Assembly: GCA_965198225.1 (NCBI GenBank)
Contig: CBDAOY010000009.1
Coordinates: forward strand, 1 to 64,000
From: Terriglobia bacterium
GTDB taxonomy: Bacteria; Acidobacteriota; Terriglobia; 20CM-2-55-15
Length of the DNA stretch: 64,000 nt
Direction of reading: 5' to 3'
The notes under the pieces were generated by a model. The model was given only the letters and a program-made list of their open reading frames with translations. It was not told the origin of the DNA and did no database searches. The position numbers and the translations under genes are program-made. Every line of letters starts with the position of its first letter. Position 1 is the stretch's first letter. Positions 51,785 to 62,395 of this stretch are shown here, one piece after another.

Positions 51785-53935
51785 ATGGCAGCCGACAAAC
51801 GCGCGACCCGCCGCACACCGCGGAACATCACCGCCGAAGAACTGCTGGACTACGTGCGGCAGCAACCGGATCGGGCGGCCAGTTTTCGCCAGATCCTCGA
51901 GGACTTCCAGGCCGACCGCACAGACCGGAAACAGATCAAGGATCTCCTCGGTCAGCTCGTCAAGAACGACAAACTCATCCGGCACAAGGGCAACCGATAC
52001 GAGGCGACTCCGGGACTCGTCCTGATCGAGGGTCGGATGTCGCTCCACCGCGACGGGTTCGGTTTCGTCATCCCCGATACTCCACCGCCCAAGGTCGCTG
52101 GCGATATCTTCATCGCTCCCCCGCTGACCGGATCGTCAATGCACGGGGACCGGGTCGGGGTCGTCATCACCCTCCGGAAACCGGACGGCCGCGCTGAAGG
52201 AAAAGTCGTGCGGGTCGTCGCGCGTGCTCACGACACTGTGGTCGGGCAGCTCCGCTTCGACAGCGAGACCTTCTTCGTGGTGCCGACCGACGAAAAGCTT
52301 CCCCGGAGGATCCTGGTCACGAATGCGGAATCCGAACACAAGGACAAGATCGTCGAAGTGGAACTGACCCGGTTCCCTTCCGAAGCCCACTGGCCCGCCG
52401 GCAAGATCGTTTCGGTGATCGGGTTCATCGACGACCCCGAAGTCGAGACCACGATCATCATCCGCAAGTACGGTCTTCCGCTGGAATTCCCCGACGCGGT
52501 CCTCGAAGAAACCGATAGTCTTCCGGATGGAGTGGCAGAGGTGGACCTGGAGGGGCGCGACGACTTTCGCGATCGAACTGTTGTCACCATCGATCCGGAC
52601 ACGGCGCGGGACTATGACGATGCGATCGACGTGGAAGAACTCGACGACGGGAGCTTTCGCCTGGGGGTCCACATCGCCGACGTGTCCCACTTCGTCGAAC
52701 CGGATACCGCCATCGACAGGGAGGCTCGGCTGCGCGGAACTTCAGTCTATTTTCCGGATCGCGTCGTCCCGATGCTGCCTGAAAAGATCTCGAACAGACT
52801 GTGCTCGCTGAACCCCCGCGTCGATCGCCTCGCGACGAGTGTCGTCATGGAAGTCGACTCCCACGGCGAGATACGCAGCCATTCATTCCACGAAAGTGTC
52901 ATCCGGTCGTCCGAGCGCATGAACTACGACCAGGTCCAGCAGATCCTGGACGGAGCCGGCTCGGTGCGCTCGCGCTACCGAGACGTTGTGACGCCGTTAA
53001 AGACGATGGAGAAGTTGGCGAAACGCCTCATGGAGCAACGGAGGAAGCGGGGGACCATCGATTTCGATCTACCCGAGCCGCAACTGACATTCGACTCTGA
53101 AGGCATCGTCTCGGGCATCGTCAAGGCGGAACGTCGTTTCTCGAACCGGATTATCGAAGAATTCATGATCGCGGCCAACGAAGTCGTCGCCCGAGCGCTG
53201 GGGCAGCAGCGGGTGGCCACGATCTATCGCGTTCACGACGCACCCGACCCCCGCAAGGCCGAAGAGTTCTCGGAACTGGTCGCGCAACTGGGCCTCCGTT
53301 TTCGTCCCCGTTCACTCCGCCCACTGGAATTTCAGAAGTTCGTCGATTCCATAGCGGGACGAGCCGACTCGCGGATGATTTCATACCTGATGCTGCGCTC
53401 GTTCAAACAGGCCGCCTACTCGGCCTCGAACTCGGGACACTTCGGCCTGGCTTCCGAGGCTTACACCCACTTCACGTCACCCATCCGCCGATACCCGGAC
53501 CTCATCGTGCATCGCATCTTGAAGAGTCACATCCAGGGCCGCAGGCGGGCCGGTTACAGCCGAGCGCAGTTGGGACCGATGGCGGCCGAATCAAGCGAGC
53601 GGGAGCGCCGGGCAGACGAGGCCGAGCGAGAGCTGTATGACTGGAAACGGATGGCCCTGCTCGAAGAACGAGTCGGTGAAACCTTCGAGGCATTGATTAT
53701 CAGCGTCTGGAGGGACGGCATGCGAATCGAGCTGCTGGAGCAATTCATCGAGGGATCCATCCCCGTCGATGAAATGAGCGATGACTATTATGCCTTCGAG
53801 CCTGCCAACCGCGCTCTCGTCGGTCGCGGCACACGCCGGCGCTTCAAGCTCGGACAGAAGATATATGTCCGCCTGGCTCGCGTCGACAAACTGCTGCGTC
53901 GGGCGTATTTCCTGCCCGTGCTGGCCAACGAATAG
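51785..53935 (+). CDS. rnr: ribonuclease R
   Basis: HRDGFGF CSD, TIDPDTARDYDDA, VHIADVSH, HFTSPIRRYPDL, C-terminal S1. Confidence 0.96.
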   Translation: MAADKRATRRTPRNITAEELLDYVRQQPDRAASFRQILEDFQADRTDRKQIKDLLGQLVKNDKLIRHKGNRYEATPGLVLIEGRMSLHRDGFGFVIPDTPPPKVAGDIFIAPPLTGSSMHGDRVGVVITLRKPDGRAEGKVVRVVARAHDTVVGQLRFDSETFFVVPTDEKLPRRILVTNAESEHKDKIVEVELTRFPSEAHWPAGKIVSVIGFIDDPEVETTIIIRKYGLPLEFPDAVLEETDSLPDGVAEVDLEGRDDFRDRTVVTIDPDTARDYDDAIDVEELDDGSFRLGVHIADVSHFVEPDTAIDREARLRGTSVYFPDRVVPMLPEKISNRLCSLNPRVDRLATSVVMEVDSHGEIRSHSFHESVIRSSERMNYDQVQQILDGAGSVRSRYRDVVTPLKTMEKLAKRLMEQRRKRGTIDFDLPEPQLTFDSEGIVSGIVKAERRFSNRIIEEFMIAANEVVARALGQQRVATIYRVHDAPDPRKAEEFSELVAQLGLRFRPRSLRPLEFQKFVDSIAGRADSRMISYLMLRSFKQAAYSASNSGHFGLASEAYTHFTSPIRRYPDLIVHRILKSHIQGRRRAGYSRAQLGPMAAESSERERRADEAERELYDWKRMALLEERVGETFEALIISVWRDGMRIELLEQFIEGSIPVDEMSDDYYAFEPANRALVGRGTRRRFKLGQKIYVRLARVDKLLRRAYFLPVLANE

Positions 53936-53969
53936 GAGGTCGCTGTAAAATGAAAAATTGTCGCCTGGA

Positions 53970-54042
53970 GCCGGCGTAGCTCAGTGGTTAGAGCGAAGGT
54001 CTCATAATCCTTAGGTCGGCAGTTCGACTCTGCCCGCCGGCA
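53970..54042 (+). tRNA. tRNA with CAT anticodon (elongator Met; Ile2 not excluded)
   Basis: GCCGGCG acceptor stem paired with CGCCGGC, TAGCTCAGTGG, CTCATAA loop, GTTCGACT. Confidence 0.92.
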
Positions 54043-54127
54043 TTCCCTTGATTCGTCGAGAAGGTAGCGCCTCCGCCACTGCCAGGCGTTCCCCCTGGCA
54101 GAGGCTGCACGATCAACAAGCCCCGTT

Positions 54128-54586
54128 TCAGAGGGCTGGCTGAGTGCCCTGGCGTTCACCGAAGAGCGGATCTATTGAGAGGCCTTCCCCCTCTAGACCG
54201 GCGACGTAGTCCAGATCGTCGCCTGTGCCGGGGACCGGCACGAGGCGGCACCGAATTCTGCGCTGAATCTCATCCAGAACCGCGGACTGATCGATCGTTC
54301 GAACACCGCCGCGTTCGAGCAGCTCACGCACCAAGCGTGAATGAGTCAGCGCGAGCATCGGCGGGGAGTGCGGGTCGGTATGAATGTCGCGAATCAGTTG
54401 TAGCCCGCCCGGCGCTTTCGCATCGACCAACACCAGATCCGGGTCTTCCCTCGCGATAAAATAGGCCCCCACTTCAACCGTTCCCGCGTCGAGGACCTCG
54501 CAGGAATCCGAATTCAGATCCAGCGTGAGTTGGTCCGTTAAGTGCTTCTCCTGGCCAACAACCAGGACCTTGGCCTTCCTAGCCAT
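54128..54586 (-). CDS. atypical receiver-domain protein
   Basis: KVLVV...EDPDLVLVD; lacks canonical acidic pocket and conserved Lys. Confidence 0.6.
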   Translation of the reverse strand: MARKAKVLVVGQEKHLTDQLTLDLNSDSCEVLDAGTVEVGAYFIAREDPDLVLVDAKAPGGLQLIRDIHTDPHSPPMLALTHSRLVRELLERGGVRTIDQSAVLDEIQRRIRCRLVPVPGTGDDLDYVAGLEGEGLSIDPLFGERQGTQPAL

Positions 54587-54644
54587 TTCTTCCTACTCCT
54601 TGTAGACACTGCCTGAATCGCGCGGCGCCTTTCGGCACGGACGG

Positions 54645-56283
54645 TTATCGATGCCTCTCCTGTTGCTTGTTCTCGAGTTCCACCAGCCTCTCGTGGAGCC
54701 ACTGGATGTAGATGTGCGCCTTTTCCAGCTCTTGGAGAATGCCTCGCTGGTGTCGGCCCACATCGACGATGTCCTGACCGTCCGAGTCCTTCGTTGCCGG
54801 CCCAACAGCCGGCAGATGGCGGTTGGCCCACATGGCGTCGGAGTGCTCGGTGATCGTCTCGATCCGATAGCCAGGCTGGAAGACATAGTCGGCGTGGAGC
54901 TGACCGCCGCGCTGGTAGATCCTCCCGTTTACGTCGAGCATCGCGTCGGGACGAGGATCGTCGGTACCGATGCCGACCGCCAGATCGGTTGTCAACATGG
55001 ATCTCAGCGGTATCGGTGCGCCTGCCACTGAAACGAAACTCCGGAAGGCAAAGTCGACATCGGCGCCGACACTGCTCGTCCCTGCAGCATACGAATTCCC
55101 TGTCCCGTAGGCGACGACGGCGTGGGCACAGCCGGTGTGGGTCAGCGCCCATGTGAAGGTCTCACCGGCCGTCAAAGTCACTCCGGCGACGGGAAAACCA
55201 AGCATCATCGGGAAGGCGACATCGCCGGCGCCTATCTTGATCGCAAGAGTTCCCAGTGCCGCGCCCACTGGCCCTTCGCCCGCGAAAACCGACAAGTCGC
55301 CGCAGAAGTAGTCCTCGCCTGAGGCCCCTTTGAAGGCGCCGACGGCCAGGTCGAGTTTGATCAGTGTACCGGTGACCGATGGCGAGAACGACTGCCATAG
55401 TACGCTGCCGTTCTGGTCCAGGGTCCGGGTCTGGGTCGTGGAAAAGGAGCCTTGCTGTTCGGAGAGGAAAGCCTGGGGAGGCGGGGTAAACATGATGGAA
55501 CCTTCTGTCCAGGCGCTCGTACCACCGCCACTCTCACCGGGGTCGCCTTTGTCGCCCTTCGGGCCGGGTGAACCCGGCAGCCCCGGAAGACCCGGAGGTC
55601 CTGGCGATCCGGCTTCTCCAGTGTCGCCCTTATCCCCGACGTCACCTTTCTCGCCTATGTCCCCGACGTCGCCTTTGTGACCGACGTCGCCTTTGTCGCC
55701 CCTGTCGCCTTTCTCCCCTTCGGGTCCGGCCGGACCTTCGTAATCGAATCGAAGGCCGACGACCTGGAGCCAGGTAGAGGATCCTTTCTTACTGCTTGCT
55801 GCTCTTGTTGCTCTTGCCGCTCTTGTTCTTCGTGCTGCCGGCTGAGTTGAAGCGGAGACCGACGAAGTCCTGTCCCGGCGCCAGGCTGGAGCCGGCAGGA
55901 AAGATCGACGTCACATCGATCTCGGTGATGACGCCTTTCTGGACGGCAATGGACATACCTTTCGAAGACTGGTTGAACAGGTCGGACGGCAAACCGTTGC
56001 GCGCCATCGAAATGTCGAGGTCGTAGCGAACCGTACCGGAACGGCGCGGTATCACAACGACCGTGGCGCCCGCAAACTGTCTGAGATTCGGGGGGATCTG
56101 GAAACCGAACCGGACGTCGCCTTTCTTACTGACGGGCCAGTTTCCTACTGTGTCGCTATCCTTGCCCTCGGGTGTAACCCAGAGCTGCATCGGTGCATCC
56201 TGAGCCGACACGGGGCGTGGCATGAGCATCAGAATGATGAGGCTCACGGCAAGGGCGGCCCCGGAAATCCACACTCGTTTCAT
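54645..56283 (-). pseudogene. secreted collagen-like fibre protein with C-terminal intramolecular-chaperone-like domain; one frameshift at ~55793
   Basis: Signal peptide; 23 Gly-X-Y triplets (~55530-55736); VGIGT..P...[23 protein letters not shown]. Confidence 0.8.
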
Positions 56284-56540
56284 CGTCCAACTCCCTTCCT
56301 TGGGGATCGATTTTGATCAAGGGGTACTCAAAGGGTATTTTGTCAAGATTCCGACGATCACCCGTCAATCGAACCCGGTTGATCCGGTACCGCATCGGGA
56401 TCCTGACAACAGCAAGCTGCTGGTTCTGAATGGCTTCTGTCGCACCGCTACCGGTGGCAACGATTCAGGAAACGCAGCTACCTACTTTGAGAGAGCACGG
56501 ACGATGCCAAGGCTCGGGGGATACTCCAACGATCCGGCTT

Positions 56541-56804
56541 CTATTCAGCCGCCGGCCTGAAGAAGTTGTAGAGCCACGCGGCGATTACCCCGGCGATGAA
56601 ACCATCCGCAAGGCCGTAGAGGGTACCGATCACGACCTGACCGAAAGACGCCGTCCCACTGTAGCCCGGGTACACTGAAGCGACCAGATCCAGGAAACTC
56701 TGGCCGTAGCCGGACCAGATCAGGTTTCCGAGCCCGACCGTGAGAATGCTGCCGCCAAACAGCAGGCCGATGGTAAAACCGAGAGCCTTGATGTCCAGAT
56801 TCAT
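56541..56804 (-). CDS. small two-TM membrane protein
   Basis: AGGAGG RBS; SVYPGY...GTLYGLADG...AWLYN. Confidence 0.8.
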   Translation of the reverse strand: MNLDIKALGFTIGLLFGGSILTVGLGNLIWSGYGQSFLDLVASVYPGYSGTASFGQVVIGTLYGLADGFIAGVIAAWLYNFFRPAAE

Positions 56805-57175
56805 ACTCGCCTCCTTCTGAGGATCAAGCGTCTAGTCCAGCTTGGACTCCGGCTCGGGACAGGTCAAGAAAAGCGGGCTAACGAAGAAGCGCGGCAGATG
56901 ATCGGGACTGTTTCCAGCCCGATCGCCTGCCGCGCAGGAGATCTGAGGTACGTGCAGTATCTGCAGGCAGACACCCAGATCAGGTCCACCTCACGAAAGG
57001 GTTTTCTCGTAGCGCCGAGATTATTGTATTTCAAGGCGACCATGGGATCGACACGCGTTGCTCTTCGAGCCATGTCGGTCACCCTAGTGGCCTGTAACGG
57101 GAACGCGTTCACATTCCCCTTGTATAGATAGGGGTGCAATTGTACCATCTCCCCTAGCATTAACATGGGAGAACG

Positions 57176-57526
57176 ATGAGCGACGAAAAAGTCGGCGTTC
57201 TGAAAGGCGCCATGGACGTACTGATCCTCAAGGCGCTCAGTTGGGGGCCGATGCACGGATACGGTGTGTCGCGTTGGATTCGACAGGTCACCGATGACGC
57301 GTTCGACCTCCAGGAAGGCGTCCTCTATCCGGCCCTCCACCGGCTGGAACGCAAAGGGTGGATCGAGTCGGAGTGGGGCCTGTCGGAAAACAACCGGCGA
57401 GCGAAGTATTACGAGCTGACCCGCCTGGGACGTAAACAGCTTCAGGCGGAAATGTCTACGTGGTCTCGTTTTGCGGAGGCCGTGGGCAAGGTCGTCAACG
57501 CCACCGACGCACCCGACTGGGCCTGA
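57176..57526 (+). CDS. PadR-family regulator (acidobacterial type)
   Basis: [34 protein letters not shown]. Confidence 0.95.
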   Translation: MSDEKVGVLKGAMDVLILKALSWGPMHGYGVSRWIRQVTDDAFDLQEGVLYPALHRLERKGWIESEWGLSENNRRAKYYELTRLGRKQLQAEMSTWSRFAEAVGKVVNATDAPDWA

Positions 57527-57533
57527 TTCAGCT

Positions 57534-60188
57534 ATGACACGGAGAACGCCCATGTGGCGACGCTACCTCACCTTCTGGGGGCGGAGCGTCGACGCCGATG
57601 TCGACAGCGAGCTGCGGTTCCACCTGGAGATGAAGGCGCGGGAGCTGATCGACGACGGCTGGGACGCCGAAGATGCCCGCGATCAAGCCCGCCGGGCCTT
57701 CGGCAACGTCGGCAGGGTTCGCGCGGAATGTCGTGACATCGGACGAGATTTGGAGGCAGATGTGCGCCGGACGGAATACTACGACCAGTTGAGGCAGGAC
57801 CTGTCGTTCGGGCTGCGCCAGCTCAAGCGGAACCCCGGGTTCGCCGTGGTGGCGGTCTTGACCCTCGCACTGGGTATCGGAGCCAACACCGCGATGTTCA
57901 GCATCGTCGACGGCGTGCTCCTCCGACCTCTCCAGTATCCCAACGCGACGAATGTCTACACGTTGTGGCAGAGCGATCTCGCCGATGGGATCGAGCGGGA
58001 CGGGGTTGCGCCGGCAAACTTCGTGGACTGGCAAGCTGAAAACACCGTCTTCGAGCGGATGGCCGCGATCCGTCCGTATTCGTTCGAATACAACGAACAG
58101 GGGCGGGCCGTCGACATTACCGCGTCACTGGTTTCGGAAGGGTTCTTCGAGACCCTGGGCGTGGCTGCTTCTTACGGCCGCACCTTCGATGAACGAGACT
58201 ATGCACCGGGTGAGCGCGCATTCGTGATCAGCCACGGTCTCTGGCTTCGCCAGTTCGGCGGCGACGTCGACATCGTCGGGCGCCAAGTGAGCTTCGATGA
58301 TGTCGAGTTCACCATCGTCGGCGTCATGCCCCCGGACTTCGAATTCCCGAACAGGGAGGTCGGAATCTGGGCACCCTACAGGCTCTCCACCGAGCCGGGT
58401 CGCCGGGCCTCCGGGTACCTGCAGGCGATCGCACAGCCCAAACAGGGCATGACCGTGCCCGCAATCCAGGCCGAGATGGACGCCATCGCAGCCAGCCTCG
58501 CCACGCGCTACCCGGAGTCGAACACTGGTATCGGCATCTCCCTCGTCTCACTGCATGACTACCTCGTCGGACATGTCCGGCGACCGCTGCTGGTCTTGCT
58601 CGGCGCGGTCGGATTCGTCCTGCTTATCGCCTGCTCGAACGTGGCCTGCCTGATGCTGATGCGCGGATCGCAGCGCGAACAGGAGTTTGCCGTTCGAACG
58701 GCCCTGGGCGCCGCTCGGAAGCGCCTTGCGCGGCAGCTGGCCGCGGAGAGCCTGGTTCTGGCGCTGCTGGGGGGAACGGGCGGCCTGCTGCTTGCGGTTT
58801 GGATACAGCAGTTGCTGCCGCTGCTCAGTCCGGCCGATTTCCCGCGAATGGAAAACGTGGCCCTCGATGCGAACGTCCTGGCATTCACGGCGCTGGTCTC
58901 GATCGGGGCAGCGTTTGCGTCGGCCCTGGCGCCCCTGGCGCGGGTCTTCGGACGGGATACGAATTCACTCCTCAAAGAGAGCCGGCGAAACCTCAGCGCC
59001 GGCGGCATGAGCCGGCGTCTGGGAAGCGCCCTGGTGGTATCGGAGGTCGCGCTGGCACTCGTCCTTCTGATCGGAGCGGGCTTGCTGGGCCGGAGCTTCA
59101 CAAAACTCCTGACGGTCGACCCCGGCTTCGTCGCCGACAACGCGCTCGCGCTGGAACTGCATGTCTGGGACGCCTATCCCGGTCCTCCTCAGCAGAGAGC
59201 GTTCTTCAACGACATCCTCTCGAGGATCGGATCACTCCCCGGCGTCCGGGCCGCAGGAGCTTCCTCGGTCATGCCGTTCCACGGGTCCAGCAGCGAAATG
59301 GAACGTGTTTTCCGGACCGAAGGAGACACCGGAGCAGAAGAGGCTCACAGCACGGACGTGACGATCGCGACCGTGGGCTACTTCGAAGCCATGGGTATCG
59401 GACTGCTTCAGGGCCGTGTCTTCACACCCTTCGATGGGCCCGACTCCCCTCCCGTCGCCATCGTCACCGAGAGCGCGGCCCGGCGTTACTGGAGGGATGA
59501 GAATCCGATCGGCGAGAGAATCACGATGGAAGACGACGGGGCGATGAGCACGCATGAGGTCGTCGGTGTCGTGGCCGACGCGCGGCACACCGGCCTCGAC
59601 AGCGGTACCAGGGCGGAAATCTACCTGCCCCACCTCCAGAGCTCATTCGGCTCGATGATCGTGGTCGCACGGACCCAGGGAGATCCGCTCCAGCTGGCTG
59701 AGGCGGTTCAGGCACAGATCTGGGATGTGAACCCGGGCCAGACCATCAGCAGCGTCACGACACTCGGCCAGCTGGTGGATCGCACCCTCATCACCCGGAG
59801 GTTCTACCTCATGCTCATCGGAGGGTTCGCCCTGACGGCCCTCCTGCTGGCAAGCGTCGGGATCTATGGAGTGGTGTCGTTTTCGACCACTCAACGCACC
59901 CCGGAGTTGGGAATCCGCATCGCGTTCGGCGCCGGATCCGCCGACATCCTGCGGATGGTTCTGGCACAGGGACTCGGGCTGACAGTCGCCGGAGTGGTCC
60001 TCGGACTGGCACTCTCGCTCGCGCTGACCCGCTTCATCGAAGGTCAGTTGTTCGGGCTCACCCCGACCGACCCCCTCACGTTCGGTGGCGTTTCGACGGC
60101 GCTGGCAGCCGTCGCACTGCTGGCGTGCTATATGCCGGCCCGCCGGGCGACACGCCTCGATCCCCTCCACACTCTGCGGTCGGAGTAG
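57534..60188 (+). CDS. ADOP (acidobacterial duplicated orphan permease), MacB/FtsX-like
   Basis: ELRFHLEM prefix, [34 protein letters not shown]; follows padR. Confidence 0.95.
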   Translation: MTRRTPMWRRYLTFWGRSVDADVDSELRFHLEMKARELIDDGWDAEDARDQARRAFGNVGRVRAECRDIGRDLEADVRRTEYYDQLRQDLSFGLRQLKRNPGFAVVAVLTLALGIGANTAMFSIVDGVLLRPLQYPNATNVYTLWQSDLADGIERDGVAPANFVDWQAENTVFERMAAIRPYSFEYNEQGRAVDITASLVSEGFFETLGVAASYGRTFDERDYAPGERAFVISHGLWLRQFGGDVDIVGRQVSFDDVEFTIVGVMPPDFEFPNREVGIWAPYRLSTEPGRRASGYLQAIAQPKQGMTVPAIQAEMDAIAASLATRYPESNTGIGISLVSLHDYLVGHVRRPLLVLLGAVGFVLLIACSNVACLMLMRGSQREQEFAVRTALGAARKRLARQLAAESLVLALLGGTGGLLLAVWIQQLLPLLSPADFPRMENVALDANVLAFTALVSIGAAFASALAPLARVFGRDTNSLLKESRRNLSAGGMSRRLGSALVVSEVALALVLLIGAGLLGRSFTKLLTVDPGFVADNALALELHVWDAYPGPPQQRAFFNDILSRIGSLPGVRAAGASSVMPFHGSSSEMERVFRTEGDTGAEEAHSTDVTIATVGYFEAMGIGLLQGRVFTPFDGPDSPPVAIVTESAARRYWRDENPIGERITMEDDGAMSTHEVVGVVADARHTGLDSGTRAEIYLPHLQSSFGSMIVVARTQGDPLQLAEAVQAQIWDVNPGQTISSVTTLGQLVDRTLITRRFYLMLIGGFALTALLLASVGIYGVVSFSTTQRTPELGIRIAFGAGSADILRMVLAQGLGLTVAGVVLGLALSLALTRFIEGQLFGLTPTDPLTFGGVSTALAAVALLACYMPARRATRLDPLHTLRSE

Positions 60189-60265
60189 CTTGAGTCAGCT
60201 GAAACGAACCCACAAGTGACTACTCGCAAGCACCCACTCCACGGTGGTGCAACTGACTACTTCTC

Positions 60266-60712
60266 CTACTCCTCCACATACTTCGTCAACCACCCGATCA
60301 CCAGAGGCCAGCCGCCCTTGTGGCTTTCGCGCGCCTCGGGGAATCCGGCGAAACCGCGATGCGTCATCGTAATCGTCGTACCCTCCGGTGAGCCTTCGAG
60401 CACCCACTCCACGGTGGTCTCCGCGCACTCCACCCAGTAGGGATTCCAGGTGTAAACCAGTTTGGACGGTTCGGTGATCTCGACGAACTTCCCCTGCATC
60501 GTAAAGGGTTCGCCACTGCCGTCAACGCCCTCACACCGCCAGTCGCCTCCGACCTTCAAGTCCGATTCCCACTTCACGACTCGGTAGGCCCCTTCCTCTC
60601 CCCACCACATCGGAACCTGCTCGGGGTCGGTCAACGCCCGGAAGATCCTCTCAGGCGGCGCCTTGATGTACAGTCGTTCGATGATTTCGTCTTGAGCTAC
60701 GTCCGCTTTCAT
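60266..60712 (-). CDS. SRPBCC/AHA1-like protein
   Basis: IKAPPERIFRALTDP, DLKVGG, KLVYTW, HKGGW. Confidence 0.92.
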   Translation of the reverse strand: MKADVAQDEIIERLYIKAPPERIFRALTDPEQVPMWWGEEGAYRVVKWESDLKVGGDWRCEGVDGSGEPFTMQGKFVEITEPSKLVYTWNPYWVECAETTVEWVLEGSPEGTTITMTHRGFAGFPEARESHKGGWPLVIGWLTKYVEE

Positions 60713-61101
60713 TGCTTTTCTCCTTTTCTTCCACTTCCGACTTTCGGTTTTTGGTTTTTGCGGGGCTGCAACCTTTCATCGGATGTCTCTACGAGGTCCT
60801 TCAAGCGGCGCAGACTGTGGCGCCAGAAGGTACGGTATTCGTCGAGCCACTCATCCACGTCTTGAAGGGGGCCCGCGTTCAGGGCATAAACCCGGTTTCG
60901 CCCATGCCGTTCTTCGACGACGAGATCGGCCTCTTTCAGGATTCGCAGATGCTTGGATACCGCCGGACGACTGACGGGGAAGGCGCTGGCAATGTCGGCA
61001 ACAGCCAGCCCTCCATCACAGAGGGTGCTCAGGATGACACGTCGTGTCGGGTCCGCCAGAGCTCTGAAAACGTCCGTTGCTTCAACCGGTGGTCTACCCA
61101 T
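60709..61101 (-). CDS. ArsR/SmtB-family regulator
   Basis: VFRALADPTRR, SRPAVSKHLRIL, GRNRVY. Confidence 0.93.
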   Translation of the reverse strand: MGRPPVEATDVFRALADPTRRVILSTLCDGGLAVADIASAFPVSRPAVSKHLRILKEADLVVEERHGRNRVYALNAGPLQDVDEWLDEYRTFWRHSLRRLKDLVETSDERLQPRKNQKPKVGSGRKGEKQ

Positions 61102-61119
61102 GGAACCAATCGCCTATTG

Positions 61120-61135
61120 GTAACTATTTAGTTAC
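61120..61135. promoter_or_regulatory. probable ArsR operator palindrome
   Basis: GTAACTA-TT-TAGTTAC 18 bp upstream of the arsR-family start. Confidence 0.6.
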
Positions 61136-61208
61136 GGATTATCCGACAATCGTCCACACGTGTCAACACCGGGGTATTGGAAAAAGGACCGGAATGACCG
61201 GGAACGGG

Positions 61209-61634
61209 CTATTTCTCGAGCGAGCTGAGTATCTTCGTCGCCTGATCGACAAGCGCTAGCTCGGCGTCAGCCAGACCCGACAGCTCGGCGGCAATGCGAG
61301 CGACGCGCCGCCTTCGGCCCGCCTCCATGATCCTTCGGCCCTTATCGGTCGCACGCACGACGACCTGCCTGCGATCCTCCTTGTCGGTCTCGCGCTTCAC
61401 GAGACCGAGTTCTTCCAGGGACTTCAGGATACGCGTGATCGCGGGCCGCGACACCATCTCGGCGCGAGCGAGTTCGCTCGCCGTTTTCGGTCCGGCGAAG
61501 GCCAGCACGGAAAGGACGGACAGGCGTTCCGCGCTCAGACCCGTCACCCGATCCACGGTCCGAGCCCGCCGGAGCAGATGTATCGCAATGGAGTGTAGAC
61601 TGTTCGCCACGAGCGCCGTCGGCGTGGCCTTCAT
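61209..61634 (-). CDS. MarR-family regulator
   Basis: SELARAEMVSRPAITRILKSLEELGLV, DRRQVVV..T.KG. Confidence 0.92.
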   Translation of the reverse strand: MKATPTALVANSLHSIAIHLLRRARTVDRVTGLSAERLSVLSVLAFAGPKTASELARAEMVSRPAITRILKSLEELGLVKRETDKEDRRQVVVRATDKGRRIMEAGRRRRVARIAAELSGLADAELALVDQATKILSSLEK

Positions 61635-61654
61635 TCCACGGGGAAGAGGTGGAC

Positions 61655-61696
61655 TTGACATAATAGTTAACATGGTTAACTATTAACATCGTTAAC
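61655..61696. promoter_or_regulatory. -35 box and probable MarR operator between divergent marR and VOC genes
   Basis: TTGACA followed by TAATAGTTAAC-ATG-GTTAACTATTA (perfect 11-bp arms) and a third GTTAAC. Confidence 0.7.
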
Positions 61697-61732
61697 CACC
61701 GCAGATTCTAGTTGGACCGGGAGGAGAAGACA

Positions 61733-62119
61733 ATGGGGGAATTCGGACTCAACTCGATCGGCCAGATTCACATCACCGTCGGCGACATCGACCGGTCCGT
61801 CGCGTTCTATAAAGACGTTCTTGGGATGACACTGCTGTTCGAAGTGCCCGGTCAGAACATGGCCTTCTTCAATTGCGGCGGCGTCCGCCTGTACCTGGGT
61901 AAGGCCGAGAACCCCGACTTCCAGTCCAAGCCCCTGATCTACTACAAGGTTCAATCCATCGATGATTCGGTCAAGGAGCTCGAGTCACGCGGCGTAGAGT
62001 TCGATCAGCGGCCACATGTCGTTCACAAGACGGATGAGCACGAGCTTTGGATGGCAGGATTCCAGGACCCGGATAAGAACCATCTCGTATTGATGGCTGA
62101 GATACCCGTCGAGGGCTGA
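61733..62119 (+). CDS. VOC/glyoxalase family protein
   Basis: IGQIHITVGDIDRSVAFYKDVLG, FQDPDKN. Confidence 0.92.
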   Translation: MGEFGLNSIGQIHITVGDIDRSVAFYKDVLGMTLLFEVPGQNMAFFNCGGVRLYLGKAENPDFQSKPLIYYKVQSIDDSVKELESRGVEFDQRPHVVHKTDEHELWMAGFQDPDKNHLVLMAEIPVEG

Positions 62120-62126
62120 GAGCTAG

Positions 62127-62395
62127 CAGCCCGTGGCAGAACTCTGCAGGGCCGCGTTACGGCGAAACGGGGCCGGATTCGAGGAGGCGAGGACGAAGCA
62201 ATGCTCATTCATTGGGAGGAGTCGGCGACAACGAAGACGGCCCCGTTTCGCCGTAACCCGAAGGGCGCAGGGGGGTTCGGGCCGCAGGCTTTGTCCCTCG
62301 TCGGTCACGATGAATGATCATCGCTCCGCTCCTCTCTTCGCGCCTGCAACCCGAAGACCCCTGCGCGCGACCCTGCAGAGTTCTGCCACGGGCTG
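62127..62395. mobile_element. MITE (269 bp) with CTAG target duplication
   Basis: Terminal IR CAGCCCGTGGCAGAACTCTGCAGGG (25 bp perfect), flanked by CTAG on both sides; no ORF of note. Confidence 0.85.
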
